DNA of 64,000 nt from Lysobacterales bacterium (GTDB taxonomy: Bacteria; Pseudomonadota; Gammaproteobacteria; Xanthomonadales; SZUA-5). The DNA lies in contig JALHMG010000005.1 in the NCBI GenBank assembly GCA_022844135.1, positions 91,691-155,690 on the forward strand. Reading direction: 5' to 3'. The notes under the pieces are model-generated. The model made no database searches, was not told where the DNA came from, and saw nothing but the letters and a program-made list of their open reading frames with translations. Both the position numbers and the translations under genes were made by a program. Shown here in pieces: positions 34,736-44,679 of this stretch. Every line of letters starts with the position of its first letter. Positions within the stretch are counted from its first letter, which is position 1.

Positions 34736-35917
34736 ATGGCCTCGAACGCACACAATGCGAATGACTTGGTCGAATCGGATTTACCGTTGTCCTCTCAACA
34801 CCCCTCGCCATGGCGCGAGCACTTGCAGTACTTCGCTCGCTGGGCCTTGGGTGGATTGGCGTTGGCCTTTGTAGTGGTTTGGTTCCGCCCCGAGCTGCTG
34901 CTCCGCGAACGCTCTGCGGCACCAGTGGTCGCCAGCTTCGCCGAGGCAGTGTCGACAGCTGGCCCGTCGGTTGTAAACATCTATGCCACGGGCGTGGTGA
35001 CTGAGACGCCGGTGGCACGATTGAGCGAACAAGCTTCGCGCATGCTCGGCCAAAGCTTCACACCGATCGGACCGCCGACGCAGCGGCTGGAGCAGTCTTT
35101 GGGCTCCGCCGTTATCGTGCGCAGCGACGGATATTTGCTGACCAATAACCACGTCGTCGCCAACAAGGACAACGTTCGCGCAGTGCTATGGGATGGTCGC
35201 ACTACCGATGCCCGGGTCGTCGCCACCGATCCCGATACCGATTTGGCGGTGCTCAAGATCGATGTCGAAGAGCTGCCGGCCCTGGCTTTCGCAGCAGACG
35301 GCGAGCTCGCGATCGGCGATGTGGTGTTGGCGATCGGCAATCCTTTCGGCCTCGGCCAGAGCGTGACCATGGGCATCGTCAGTGCGCGCGGTGAAGCCAA
35401 AATCAATCTTGGATTGATGGGCTACGAGCACTTGATCCAGACGGATGCTGCAGTGAATACCGGCAACTCCGGGGGCGCGCTGATCAACGCTCGCGGCGAA
35501 CTGGTTGGCATCAACACCGCGATGTTCGGCCGCGGCCGGGGTGCCGAGGGCATCAGCTTCGCGATCCCCGTCGAAACGGCGCGCGCAATCCTGGACGCGA
35601 TCATTCGCCAAGGTTATGTCGTACGCGGCTGGCTAGGTGTTGATCTGGTCCCAGTGCAGCTTTCGAATTCGATGACGGGCGAACAGCGCACGGCATTGCA
35701 AGTCATCCGTGTAGAACCCGGATCGGCGGCCGACCGCGCTGGCGTGCGTGCTGGCGATGCGCTGATGCGCATGCACGGCGTTGAAATCCAGTCGCTCAGT
35801 CAGTTCCGCAGTTTCGAAGCAAACTTGAAACCAGAGACGCTGGTGACCATCGATCTGGTCCGCGCTGGACTGGCGATGACGTTGAATGCAACGTTGCAGC
35901 AGAAGCCGGTTAAATAG
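34736..35917 (+). CDS. HtrA-family serine protease with one PDZ domain (DegS/AlgW-like)
   Basis: N-terminal TM anchor. Catalytic triad context TNNHVV, DLAVLKI and GNSGGAL. C-terminal PDZ domain. Start at ATG 34736. The upstream part of the ORF is antisense to petA. Confidence 0.85.
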   Translation: MASNAHNANDLVESDLPLSSQHPSPWREHLQYFARWALGGLALAFVVVWFRPELLLRERSAAPVVASFAEAVSTAGPSVVNIYATGVVTETPVARLSEQASRMLGQSFTPIGPPTQRLEQSLGSAVIVRSDGYLLTNNHVVANKDNVRAVLWDGRTTDARVVATDPDTDLAVLKIDVEELPALAFAADGELAIGDVVLAIGNPFGLGQSVTMGIVSARGEAKINLGLMGYEHLIQTDAAVNTGNSGGALINARGELVGINTAMFGRGRGAEGISFAIPVETARAILDAIIRQGYVVRGWLGVDLVPVQLSNSMTGEQRTALQVIRVEPGSAADRAGVRAGDALMRMHGVEIQSLSQFRSFEANLKPETLVTIDLVRAGLAMTLNATLQQKPVK

Positions 35918-35924
35918 CTCGTGC

Positions 35925-35947
35925 CAAAGTTTCCTGCGGAAACTTTG
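35925..35947. terminator. perfect 10-bp hairpin between convergent genes
   Basis: caaagtttcc/tgc/ggaaactttg, 8 nt after the protease stop. The U-tract is weak (acccgattttc). Confidence 0.45.
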
Positions 35948-36069
35948 ACCCGATTTTCAAGCAGGGCTGGCCCACGGAGCAAAACGTGGTTTTCGCAGCG
36001 CGACTTGGTGCCCACTTCGGACCAGCGGCCCATGAGAAGCGTTATTTGCTGCAAAGCGATCGGCTCGGG

Positions 36070-36678
36070 TCAGCTGGCAACCAGGGAAAACCAGCGCCAC
36101 AACCCGCCGTATGCCTGGCGGGTAGCGACGGCCGGCTCGCCGAAGCGTTGTTGGATTTCTGGCAGCAGCCCATCGTCGAGGCGGACATGGTTGAGCGCCA
36201 TCCAGCGGCGGAAGAAGCCAAAGCGCGAGTCCCGGAAATCGACCACGGCGAACGCGCCACCGGATCGCAGGTCGCGCCGCGCTGTGTCGAGAACAGGCGC
36301 CACACCCTCGCCCATCATCGATAGCGCGTACGAGGCGACGATGATGTCGAACTTGCCGAGCCGGCTTTGTGGGCCGTAGGGCGCGCACTCCAACAACACG
36401 CGGTCTTCGGCAAACGCACAGCTACGGCGTGCGTGATCGAGCATGTCTTCGGAGACGTCGATGCCAACGATCTCGGCTTTCGGAAACGCCCGCGCCAAGG
36501 CCGCGAGATTGCGCCCCGTGCCGCAGCCGATTTCCAGTATGCGGCGCGGCTGCAGGCGCATCTTCTGCAACGCTTCGATCAACGCCGAACGACCGAATAG
36601 AAACGACCAACGGGTCAGATCGTAAATCGCCGCATGAAAGCGGTAGTAGCGCTTCAGCGCGTCGCTATTGGCGCTCAT
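36070..36678 (-). CDS. class I SAM-dependent methyltransferase, BtaB-like by context
   Basis: SAM motif ILEIGCGTGRN. Overlaps the upstream DUF3419 gene stop by 4 nt. Confidence 0.6.
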   Translation of the reverse strand: MSANSDALKRYYRFHAAIYDLTRWSFLFGRSALIEALQKMRLQPRRILEIGCGTGRNLAALARAFPKAEIVGIDVSEDMLDHARRSCAFAEDRVLLECAPYGPQSRLGKFDIIVASYALSMMGEGVAPVLDTARRDLRSGGAFAVVDFRDSRFGFFRRWMALNHVRLDDGLLPEIQQRFGEPAVATRQAYGGLWRWFSLVAS

Positions 36679-37874
36679 GAGCTACGCACCGCAGCGCACA
36701 GCACGCTGCCATAAGTGCCGACGCGATCGCGTTGATGCCAGTACGCGCTGTCGAATGGCAGCAAGCGCGATCGAGCGAACTCGGGCAAGAAGTCGATGTC
36801 CAGACCCGCCGACCGCATCAGAACGCGGGCATCCGGTGCGCTATTGGAAATGACCAGATTCCACTCCTCGTCCAGCGCCTGCGGCGCGTGCACCGCCATC
36901 CAGTCCTGGTGGTCGAGCAAAATGAAACGGTCGTAAGGAGCTTTGCTCTGCTTCAGGAATTCCGCCATGGTGCCGGTGTGCGCGGTGACACGCTCGGCGC
37001 GCTCGCGAAGCACTTGGAAGTTCTCGGGCTTCAGGTAATTTGGGCAACATTCGCGCGTGTATCGACCGTAGATATAAACACGCCAGAAGTAGTTCTCCTG
37101 GATCGGCAATTCGGTTAACAGATACCGAAGTTTGTCTTCGATGTAGGCGTTCATGCCGCCGGGGTACTGGGTTTCGATCAGATTGCGCTGAGCGCGGGGC
37201 ACTCCGAGCATCGTTAGCACCAGCGGCTGCCGCGCCGCCCAGCGCATTACCGGACCCCAAAGCCGTTTTTCGATGCGCGTGTAACGTTCGCGCTGCTCGT
37301 CGAGGGTTTGCGCATCGATCAGTTGCTCAAGTTCCCGCCACAACCTGGGTTGCAGGCGACAAATGCTCTGGCGAACCCAATAGGCGACGTCGCCCGACGC
37401 GCCACGGAAGTAAAACGATCCGCGTCCCGCGGCGCTGAATAAGTGTGTCTGCTTGTCCCAGATCTCTTGCGCGGTTGGACTCATCCATGAACGCAGCTCG
37501 CGATAGATCGCCGGGAAATCGCCATGCTGCCCGTCTCCGAACAATGCGAACATCCAGTCGGGACGGTTGACCTTGAGCACCGCGAGCTTGAGTTCCAGCA
37601 GCGCATTTTGGCGCGGATTCATATCCACGCAATCGATTTGCGCCGGATCGTCGAGCAGGTAATCGAGCGCATTGCAGCCAGCGCTGGTAATCATCAACAC
37701 GCGCGCACCGGCCTTCAGCGCCAGCAGCTCGCGATCGGCGCGCGGGTCCTCCCAGCACGTGTTGTAGATCAGACGCGAGCCGTGAACTTTGCGGAAGAAA
37801 GCGTCGTACGCGCGAGCGGCAAGAGTCATCGGCAAAGTGTCGATCGGGTGGTCGGCGAACGGTACGGAAGGCAT
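36675..37874 (-). CDS. DUF3419/BtaA-like protein (putative SAM:diacylglycerol 3-amino-3-carboxypropyl transferase)
   Basis: IYNTCWEDPRADRELL and MITSAGCNALDYL are typical of the BtaA/DUF3419 family. About 399 aa. Confidence 0.6.
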   Translation of the reverse strand: MPSVPFADHPIDTLPMTLAARAYDAFFRKVHGSRLIYNTCWEDPRADRELLALKAGARVLMITSAGCNALDYLLDDPAQIDCVDMNPRQNALLELKLAVLKVNRPDWMFALFGDGQHGDFPAIYRELRSWMSPTAQEIWDKQTHLFSAAGRGSFYFRGASGDVAYWVRQSICRLQPRLWRELEQLIDAQTLDEQRERYTRIEKRLWGPVMRWAARQPLVLTMLGVPRAQRNLIETQYPGGMNAYIEDKLRYLLTELPIQENYFWRVYIYGRYTRECCPNYLKPENFQVLRERAERVTAHTGTMAEFLKQSKAPYDRFILLDHQDWMAVHAPQALDEEWNLVISNSAPDARVLMRSAGLDIDFLPEFARSRLLPFDSAYWHQRDRVGTYGSVLCAAVRSS

Positions 37875-37931
37875 ATGACGGTTCGGCGACGACGGCGTGA
37901 CGGTTTCTGGCGAAATCTCGCTGCGCGCAAC

Positions 37932-38951
37932 CTATAAGCGATCCTCGATCATCCGCCTCACTGGCTGCGGCAGTCCCAAGGACAAAGCATCCTCAAGCGT
38001 AAACCAGCTCAGGCCATGATCCTCTACAGCGTTGCATTCAACGCGCACGCACCACACCTGCATGTCGAGGCTGAAATGAGTGAACTCGTGGCGCATGGTG
38101 ACATCGGCATCGCCATCTGGAATTTCCACCCTCAGTGCGTGGCATACATCCGCGATCGAATCGCCGTCCGGGAAAGCGAACAACCCGCCCCAGATTCCAA
38201 CCGCCGGACGCTTTGCCAACGCCACGCGCTGCTGAGCGTCGCTCATCCAAAGAAAGGCGCGCGTCCGAAGCGGTCGCTCGCGTCGCGCCCGCGGCATCGG
38301 GTACTTGCTCACCAGGCCGCGCTGGTACGCCTTGCAATCGTCGCGCACCGGGCAACCGCCGCAGGCGGGGGCAGTGCGGGTGCAAACCGTCGCGCCCAGA
38401 TCCATGATGGCTTGCGTGTAGTCGGCCAGGCGCTCATTGGGCATGAGTTCTTCCGCCAGCGACCACAGCCTGGTGTCATTTTCGCTCGAACGTGGATCGC
38501 CATCCAAACAATGGAAGCGCGTCAGCACACGGCGCACATTGCCATCGAGGATTGCATGACGCCGTCCAAGCGACTGACTCAGGATTGCGCCAGCAGTGGA
38601 TCTGCCGATGCCGGGCAACGCCAGCAAGTGTTCGAATCGATCCGGCAATTCACCGCGCTGGCGGCACAACTGCGCCGCCCGATGCAAGTTGCGCGCACGG
38701 CTGTAATAACCGAGCCCCGACCACAGCGCGAGCACTTCATCGATACTGGCGTCTGCGAGTGCCGCGAGGTCCGGAAAACGCGCAACGAAACGCTCGAAGT
38801 ACGGCACCACTGTCCGCACCTGCGTCTGCTGCAACATCACCTCGCTGATCCACACCCGATACAAGGTACGCGGGTGCTGCCACGGCAAATCGCGGCGACC
38901 GTACAGATCGAACCAGGCGAGCAGACGAGCGGCAAAGGAATTCACTTGCAA
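37932..38951 (-). CDS. mutY: A/G-specific adenine DNA glycosylase
   Basis: DLPWQ, EVMLQQTQV, GLGYYSRARNL, LPGIGRSTAGAI, a 4Fe-4S loop (C..C..C....C) and a NUDIX-like C-terminus. Confidence 0.9.
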   Translation of the reverse strand: MQVNSFAARLLAWFDLYGRRDLPWQHPRTLYRVWISEVMLQQTQVRTVVPYFERFVARFPDLAALADASIDEVLALWSGLGYYSRARNLHRAAQLCRQRGELPDRFEHLLALPGIGRSTAGAILSQSLGRRHAILDGNVRRVLTRFHCLDGDPRSSENDTRLWSLAEELMPNERLADYTQAIMDLGATVCTRTAPACGGCPVRDDCKAYQRGLVSKYPMPRARRERPLRTRAFLWMSDAQQRVALAKRPAVGIWGGLFAFPDGDSIADVCHALRVEIPDGDADVTMRHEFTHFSLDMQVWCVRVECNAVEDHGLSWFTLEDALSLGLPQPVRRMIEDRL

Positions 38952-39171
38952 CCCGCTTCGGAGTCAAAGCCCACGTCGCGCCAAAAACGCTTCGCAACCG
39001 CTGCAACTTGAGCGTCGATGAAGAACAAACCAAGCCCCACGGGTATGAACAGGGTACCGGCGCTCGATTGCGTCCTTCAGAGAACCAGCAGGTTGATGCT
39101 CATCAGCCTGCTGGTGCGGGGGCCTGCAAGATCGAGGATCGCAACGACTCCCGGCCGAAAAATCTGCCGCG

Positions 39172-41076
39172 TTAGCGCAAGCGATCTTCGGCGATCTTGA
39201 TGTCGACGCCCTGGCGCAAGGCCTTGACGTAAGCGCGAGATTCGGTCTCTTGCCATTGCGAAAGCAGCTGCGCCTTGGCGCCATCGCGAGCGGCTTGCTC
39301 GACAGTCTTCGGATCGCCATCGACCACGGCAGTCAATTCGACGAGAACCTGATCGTCGTCGCTCAGGCGAATGGCGCGACGCACCGGGTTCGAGCCGGGG
39401 CGCGGCAGCTTGAAGACTTCCGTGAGCAAGTTGGGATCGACGTTAGCGGCCGTTCTGACGACGGCATCAGCCTTCTCCGGCGTCTTGGTCAATGACGCTG
39501 CGATGGCTTCGAGCGACTCGCCAGGAAGGCGCTTTTCCAGCTCCGCGACCTGCGCTGCTAACTGCTTGCGCTGCGCTTCGAGTTTCAGCTCCGATTCGAT
39601 TTGTGCGCGTACTTCTGCCAGTTCGCGTTGTTTGGGCGGTATACGTTCCAGGACACGAATGGCCACCGAGTGACTCGGCGCGATGTCGATCAGGTCGCTG
39701 GTTTGGCCGCGTTCCAGCACCATTTCGCCAAAGGCTTCTTCCATCACCTTGGGATTGAGTGCAATCCCTACGCCAGCGTCTCGAGCGAATGCTTCGGTGG
39801 TCTTCAATGTCATGCCAACGCTCTCGGCCGGGGCCTTCAGCGATTGGGGATCGCGATGGATGGCATCCAGCAACTTCGAGGCGCGCTCGTTGTAGATCCG
39901 TTCGCGCTCGGTGGTCTCGTAGCTAGCCAACAATTCAGCACGGACTTCCTCAAACGTCTTGCGCTTTTCAGCGCGGATCTCGCGCAATTGGATAATGTGG
40001 TACCCATTGCTGCCGAGTACGGGCTGCGACACGTCGTTCGCGTTCATCGCAAACAACGCGTCGTCGAACGCCGCGTCGTTGGCGCCTTTTTCGATCCATC
40101 CGAGATCGCCGCCGGTCGCTTTGGAGCCCAAATCGTCGGAGTGCTCTTTGGCCACATCGGCGAAGGCCTTGCCGCCTTTGACTTCCGCCAGCAACTTCTC
40201 GGCTTCCGCGAGCGCCGCTTTCTGAGCTTCCGCATCGGCGCCTTGCGCGACTTCGACCAGGATGTGCGAGGTCAAACGTTGTTCTGGCACCACGAACCGG
40301 CTTGCCTGGCGCTCGTAGCTATCCTTCAAACTCTCTTCAGTGGCTGGCTCCACCGTGAACTCGGCGGCATTCAATTCCGCATATTCGAGCACCACTTTTT
40401 CCGGCGTCATGTAGCTGGACTTCTGCTCTTCGAAGCGCTTGGCGATGGCCTCTTCCGTGATGGGCTCGGCCAGTGTCTGCTCGCTGGCGGAGAGCCTGAC
40501 GTGGCTGAAAGTCCGCGTCTGATTGAAGACCTTCAGATAGGCATCGATCTCTGCGTCGGTGACGAAGTTGCTGCCGCCGACACGCGAGCTGATTTCGCGC
40601 GACAACACGTCGCGTGCCAAAAGCTCTTCGAATGAGGCAGTTGTGTAGCCGCGGTTGCGCAGGAATCCTTTATAGATCTCCGGATCGAATGTGCCGTTCG
40701 ACTTGAAGCCATCGATCGACAAAACAATTTCTTGCAGTTTGCTCGCCGGCACTTCCACGCCTGCAGCGCGTGCGTCCTGAACCAGCAGTTCCTCATCGAT
40801 CAGCGCATCGACGATGCGGCGCTTGTTTTCCTCGGTGTTCAAGAAATCGAGCGGCGTGTCCTGGCCAAGCATCTGGCGCATCTGCTGGCGCTGCTGCTCG
40901 AGGCGATCCTGGAACATGCGCGTGTCGACCTCTGCTTCGCCTACCTTGGCGACGTAATTCTCGACCTGCGTCTGAAAATAGTTGTTGATACCGAACAGTG
41001 CGAACGGCACCGCCAGCAGACCCACTATCAGGATCAACACCCATCCTGAGAATTTTTCCCGCATCGCTTGCAACAT
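39172..41076 (-). CDS. ppiD: periplasmic chaperone / peptidyl-prolyl isomerase PpiD
   Basis: MLQAMREKFSGWVLILIVGLLAVPFALFGI anchor, SurA-N-like region and parvulin domain (DLGWIEKG). Conserved position after hupB and the tRNAs. Confidence 0.85.
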   Translation of the reverse strand: MLQAMREKFSGWVLILIVGLLAVPFALFGINNYFQTQVENYVAKVGEAEVDTRMFQDRLEQQRQQMRQMLGQDTPLDFLNTEENKRRIVDALIDEELLVQDARAAGVEVPASKLQEIVLSIDGFKSNGTFDPEIYKGFLRNRGYTTASFEELLARDVLSREISSRVGGSNFVTDAEIDAYLKVFNQTRTFSHVRLSASEQTLAEPITEEAIAKRFEEQKSSYMTPEKVVLEYAELNAAEFTVEPATEESLKDSYERQASRFVVPEQRLTSHILVEVAQGADAEAQKAALAEAEKLLAEVKGGKAFADVAKEHSDDLGSKATGGDLGWIEKGANDAAFDDALFAMNANDVSQPVLGSNGYHIIQLREIRAEKRKTFEEVRAELLASYETTERERIYNERASKLLDAIHRDPQSLKAPAESVGMTLKTTEAFARDAGVGIALNPKVMEEAFGEMVLERGQTSDLIDIAPSHSVAIRVLERIPPKQRELAEVRAQIESELKLEAQRKQLAAQVAELEKRLPGESLEAIAASLTKTPEKADAVVRTAANVDPNLLTEVFKLPRPGSNPVRRAIRLSDDDQVLVELTAVVDGDPKTVEQAARDGAKAQLLSQWQETESRAYVKALRQGVDIKIAEDRLR

Positions 41077-41165
41077 GGATCGATCTCGTAGTGAACGTTG
41101 AGCGCGAATCGGCGTTGCCGATCCCACAAACGGCACGGGCGCCGCAAGGGCGCCCGTGACGGTAT

Positions 41166-41242
41166 TGGCGGAGCGGACGGGGCTCGAACCCGCGACCCCC
41201 GGCGTGACAGGCCGGTATTCTAACCGACTGAACTACCGCTCC
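41166..41242 (-). tRNA. tRNA-Asp (GUC)
   Basis: Reverse complement reads GGAGCGGTAGTTCAGTCGGTTAGAATACCGGCCTGTCACGCCGGGGGTCGCGGGTTCGAGCCCCGTCCGCTCCGCCA. Confidence 0.95.
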
Positions 41243-41252
41243 ATTGAACCTC

Positions 41253-41327
41253 TGGTGGGTGCTGAGGGGATCGAACCCCCGACCCTCGCCTTGTAAGGGC
41301 GACGCTCTACCGCTGAGCTAAGCACCC
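41253..41327 (-). tRNA. tRNA-Val (UAC)
   Basis: Reverse complement reads GGGTGCTTAGCTCAGCGGTAGAGCGTCGCCCTTACAAGGCGAGGGTCGGGGGTTCGATCCCCTCAGCACCCACCA. Confidence 0.95.
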
Positions 41328-41341
41328 AGCCGACGAGCCGA

Positions 41342-41614
41342 TTAGTTTACAGCGTCTTTGAGCGCTTTACCAGCCTTGAAGCCAGGAATTTTTGAAGCCT
41401 TGATCTTGATCGTGGCGCCGGTCTGCGGATTGCGGCCCTGACGCGCGGCACGCTTACGCACGTCGAACGTTCCAAAACCCGTCAATGTCACGCTGTCGCC
41501 CGCTTTCAGCGACTTGGTCACAACATTGATAAACGCATCGAGCGCGCGGCCGGCATCTGCCTTGCTGAGATCGGCGGCATCGGCGATAGCGGAAATCAAA
41601 TCAGTTTTTTTCAT
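41342..41614 (-). CDS. hupB: DNA-binding protein HU-beta
   Basis: 90 aa. [11 protein letters not shown]...GFGTF...[20 protein letters not shown] before ATG 41614. Confidence 0.9.
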   Translation of the reverse strand: MKKTDLISAIADAADLSKADAGRALDAFINVVTKSLKAGDSVTLTGFGTFDVRKRAARQGRNPQTGATIKIKASKIPGFKAGKALKDAVN

Positions 41615-42209
41615 CAGAAAACTCCCTTCTCGGTCGGCTCCAATCACACGCCGACATTGTGTTTGTGGGGATAGGCTTTGAGCTCTTGTCTCTAGAGCGG
41701 CGCCACAGGGTGGACCATTGGCATCGTGCTGGCTTCATCTCGCCAACGATCAGCGCGCTGGCTTTATATCAGGCGATTTCGGCGGTGGCAACGAACGCGA
41801 AAGCGCGCCAGCATGCGACAAAACCGGTGTCAAGGGTCGCGCACGACGAAGAAGGCTCGGGGATTTGGCGCTTCGAGAATTCAAGTTGCAACTCATCGCT
41901 TCGCGACACAGAGGCGTGCGCGCCCGGATGCCCGAGCACGCCCATCAGTACCATCAGCTGTCGGCGCGAGCTTTTGCACGGGCCATCGCCCCAATTACGA
42001 GAATCGAAGGCCAGTGCCGCGAAGCGTCATTCAGCAAGCTCGCAGGCATGGCTGCAAGGCATCGCTTCCTTCACCGTCATGCAGGCTCCGGTGTTTCGTA
42101 CCAACCGCGTGCCTGGCAATCGGGACGCCTCAAGAACACGACGCCACTTGGCGACAAGCTCGATCTGAAATGCGACCGGCTGACGGCCGACCGTTTACCA
42201 TGTACCGGC

Positions 42210-42237
42210 CGATGCAGCCGCCCGCTGGCGGCTGCAT
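42210..42237 (-). terminator. 12-bp hairpin 10 nt after the TonB-dependent receptor stop
   Basis: gatgcagccgcc/cgct/ggcggctgcatc. No U-tract, so it may only be a stabiliser or REP-like hairpin. Confidence 0.4.
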
Positions 42238-42247
42238 CGCGCCATTG

Positions 42248-44473
42248 CTACCACCCGATCTTGAACTCAACGCCATACGTGCGCGGCATGTTGTAGTACG
42301 CGGCGGCGATGCCGAGTGCGCCGATGTCGAAGCCGCCGGTGATGTATTCCTTATCGGTCAGATTGCGGCCAAAAAGCGCGACCTCCCAGTTGCCGTCGCT
42401 CGGCGCATACGAGAACCGCGAGTCGACGAGCGTGTAGGCCTGCGTCTTGATCAGTTCGGAGTTGGCGACATTCTGATAGTGATCGTCGGTGAAATGGGCG
42501 TTGGCGCTCCAGGTGAAATCGCCCATCGTGGTCGGGATATCCCAGATGAAGCCCAGGTTGTAGGTCAGATCCGGCGCTTGCTTGAGCTCATTGGGAAAGG
42601 TCGGGGTGCCGGCAGCAATGAGCACGGCAGGATTGCTTTCGTACTCGCCATCGATGGTGCCGACATTACCGGTGAGCTGGAAGTTGTCGCTCAACATTGC
42701 CGCGAAATCGATTTCGATGCCTTGGATAATCACATCCGCCGCATTGCGCAGGACGAAGGCGCCGGTCGGGTCGATGGCGGTCAGTTGCAGATCGGTGTAG
42801 TCGTTGTAGTAGTAGTTCGCGTTCAGACGCATACGGCCACCGAGCAGCGTCGACTTGATGCCGAACTCGTAGCTCAGCACGTTCTCCTCATCGACCGTGG
42901 TGATCGCATCGCTGACCACGCCGGTTGCGCTGACGGTGATCGCTCCGCGACCGTTAAAGCCACCGCTCTTGAAACCGGTCGCGGCGCTGGCGTATGCCAT
43001 TACGTCGTCGTTGAAGCGATAGTCGAGCGCGAAGCGCCAGTCGACGCTGTTCCAGCTGTCTTCGCGATTGATCGCATACGAGGTCTGTCCGTTCGCGCAG
43101 CGAATCGGCGGGCCGAGCGGCGTGAACTGGCCATTGGTACACGTCGCGCTTTTGGAAAAGTCTTTGGTTTCGTCGCTGTAGCGCAGGCCGCCGGTGAAGC
43201 TGAAGCCATTGCCGAAGTCGAAAGTGCCTTGTCCGTAGATGGCGTACGCATCCGTGCCCTGCTCGATTTGTTCGATCACGCCTGGTGCGAAAATGCTTTG
43301 CTGCGTAGGTTGCTCGTTGGCCTCATCGAAATAAAATCCGCCGATCACCCAACGCAGGCTTCCCGCTTCGCCAGTGAACTGCGACTCGAAGCTCTTCTGG
43401 TCCTGCGTCTGGTCCTGGAAAATGTGCAAAAGAGTGGCGTTCTGGCCATCGAAATCGCCGTTCAACAAGTTGTCCATTTCGCGATAGGCGAGCACGTTTC
43501 GCCACGTGAAGTTTTCGAACTCGGTTTCCGACACCAGCGAAGCGCCGAATTGATCGAGATCGTTCTTGGTGCGCAGATTCGAGCTTAGCGTGTACGGATC
43601 GCCATCGGTGTCGCAACCGGGGTAGTTGAAGGGCGCCGGTGGTGTGGTCGATGGCGGGATCGGCGGTCGCGGCAGGGACAGCGGGCGCGATAGAACGCAG
43701 CTGGCCATACCCGGCCCGTTACGCTCGCGGACCACGTCGAAGGCAGCGTCAATAGTGGTGATGTCGCTCGCCGCCAGACGCAGCGTGGCGCGTGCCGAAT
43801 GCAGCTCTTGATCGTTGACATCGGCGCCCGTGGTCAGATTGGTCGAATAGCCATCGCGGTTCTTGGTCATCACCGCCACGCCGCCGCTGACGGCTTCGTT
43901 GAAGCCGAAGTAGGCGCTGCCGCGCAGGTCGCGACGCTCGAAGTTCCCGAACGCGCCGTCGACCGCAAAGGTATTGCTGCCGTCGGGTTTCTTGGTGATG
44001 TATTTGATCGCCCCGCCAGTCGCATTGCGGCCGTACAGCGTGCCCTGCGGCCCGCGCAGCACTTCGATGCGCTCGATGTCGTAGAGCGCAATTTGCGCGC
44101 CGGTTTGCCGCGGGATGTAGACATCGTCGATATAGATTGCAACCGCCGGATCGGCGGTGAACAAAGACTCGTCGGCGCCGACGCCACGCAGGAAGATCTT
44201 TGCCGCGCTGGAGGTGCCGGTGTTGTTCTCGATGATGATGTTGGGCGTGGTGTAGACGAGCTTGTCGAGCCTGTCGATCTGGAAATTCTCGAACTGCTCC
44301 TCGCCCACTGCAGTGATCGAAATCGGTACTTGTTGCAGCGACTCCTCGTAGCGCTGCGCCGTGACCGTGATCTCGTCCAGGCGCTGCGCTTCTTCGCTTT
44401 CCTCCTGCGCCCAGGCAGGCGACGCAAGGCCACTCACAATCGCAACCCACAACACGTGACGCGACAGCTTCAT
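42248..44473 (-). CDS. TonB-dependent outer-membrane receptor
   Basis: Signal peptide, TonB box/plug (DEITVTAQR, IFLRGVG) and C-terminal beta-barrel ending ...YGVEFKIGW. GGAGGGG RBS before ATG 44473. Confidence 0.9.
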   Translation of the reverse strand: MKLSRHVLWVAIVSGLASPAWAQEESEEAQRLDEITVTAQRYEESLQQVPISITAVGEEQFENFQIDRLDKLVYTTPNIIIENNTGTSSAAKIFLRGVGADESLFTADPAVAIYIDDVYIPRQTGAQIALYDIERIEVLRGPQGTLYGRNATGGAIKYITKKPDGSNTFAVDGAFGNFERRDLRGSAYFGFNEAVSGGVAVMTKNRDGYSTNLTTGADVNDQELHSARATLRLAASDITTIDAAFDVVRERNGPGMASCVLSRPLSLPRPPIPPSTTPPAPFNYPGCDTDGDPYTLSSNLRTKNDLDQFGASLVSETEFENFTWRNVLAYREMDNLLNGDFDGQNATLLHIFQDQTQDQKSFESQFTGEAGSLRWVIGGFYFDEANEQPTQQSIFAPGVIEQIEQGTDAYAIYGQGTFDFGNGFSFTGGLRYSDETKDFSKSATCTNGQFTPLGPPIRCANGQTSYAINREDSWNSVDWRFALDYRFNDDVMAYASAATGFKSGGFNGRGAITVSATGVVSDAITTVDEENVLSYEFGIKSTLLGGRMRLNANYYYNDYTDLQLTAIDPTGAFVLRNAADVIIQGIEIDFAAMLSDNFQLTGNVGTIDGEYESNPAVLIAAGTPTFPNELKQAPDLTYNLGFIWDIPTTMGDFTWSANAHFTDDHYQNVANSELIKTQAYTLVDSRFSYAPSDGNWEVALFGRNLTDKEYITGGFDIGALGIAAAYYNMPRTYGVEFKIGW

Positions 44474-44582
44474 AACCCCTCCCATACGATGACGAACGTT
44501 CCCCAACGCCAGAATGTTAGCGCGCAGTGAATCTAAATGGTATGAAGATAGGTCAATAGAGCTTGCAGCGGGAGGCTGGAGC

Positions 44583-44596
44583 GGGGCGCGGGGCAC
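44583..44596. repeat. two GGGGC(G/A)C heptamers (single arm)
   Basis: ggggcgc ggggcac. A lone ggtcaatag lies 30 nt upstream at 44551. Confidence 0.6.
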
Positions 44597-44679
44597 GCAA
44601 CCGCATCAAAGCGTTACCGTTCTTCCGCCTCATGGTCCCGTTATGATCGAAGGCAGAACGCCAGGGGAAGGATCTGACT

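Noticed and set aside
41726-43588. 620-aa plus-strand ORF, plus the 169- and 192-aa ORFs starting at 41659 and 41718
   Set aside because: The long one is antisense to the TonB-dependent receptor. None has a recognisable domain, RBS or plausible composition.
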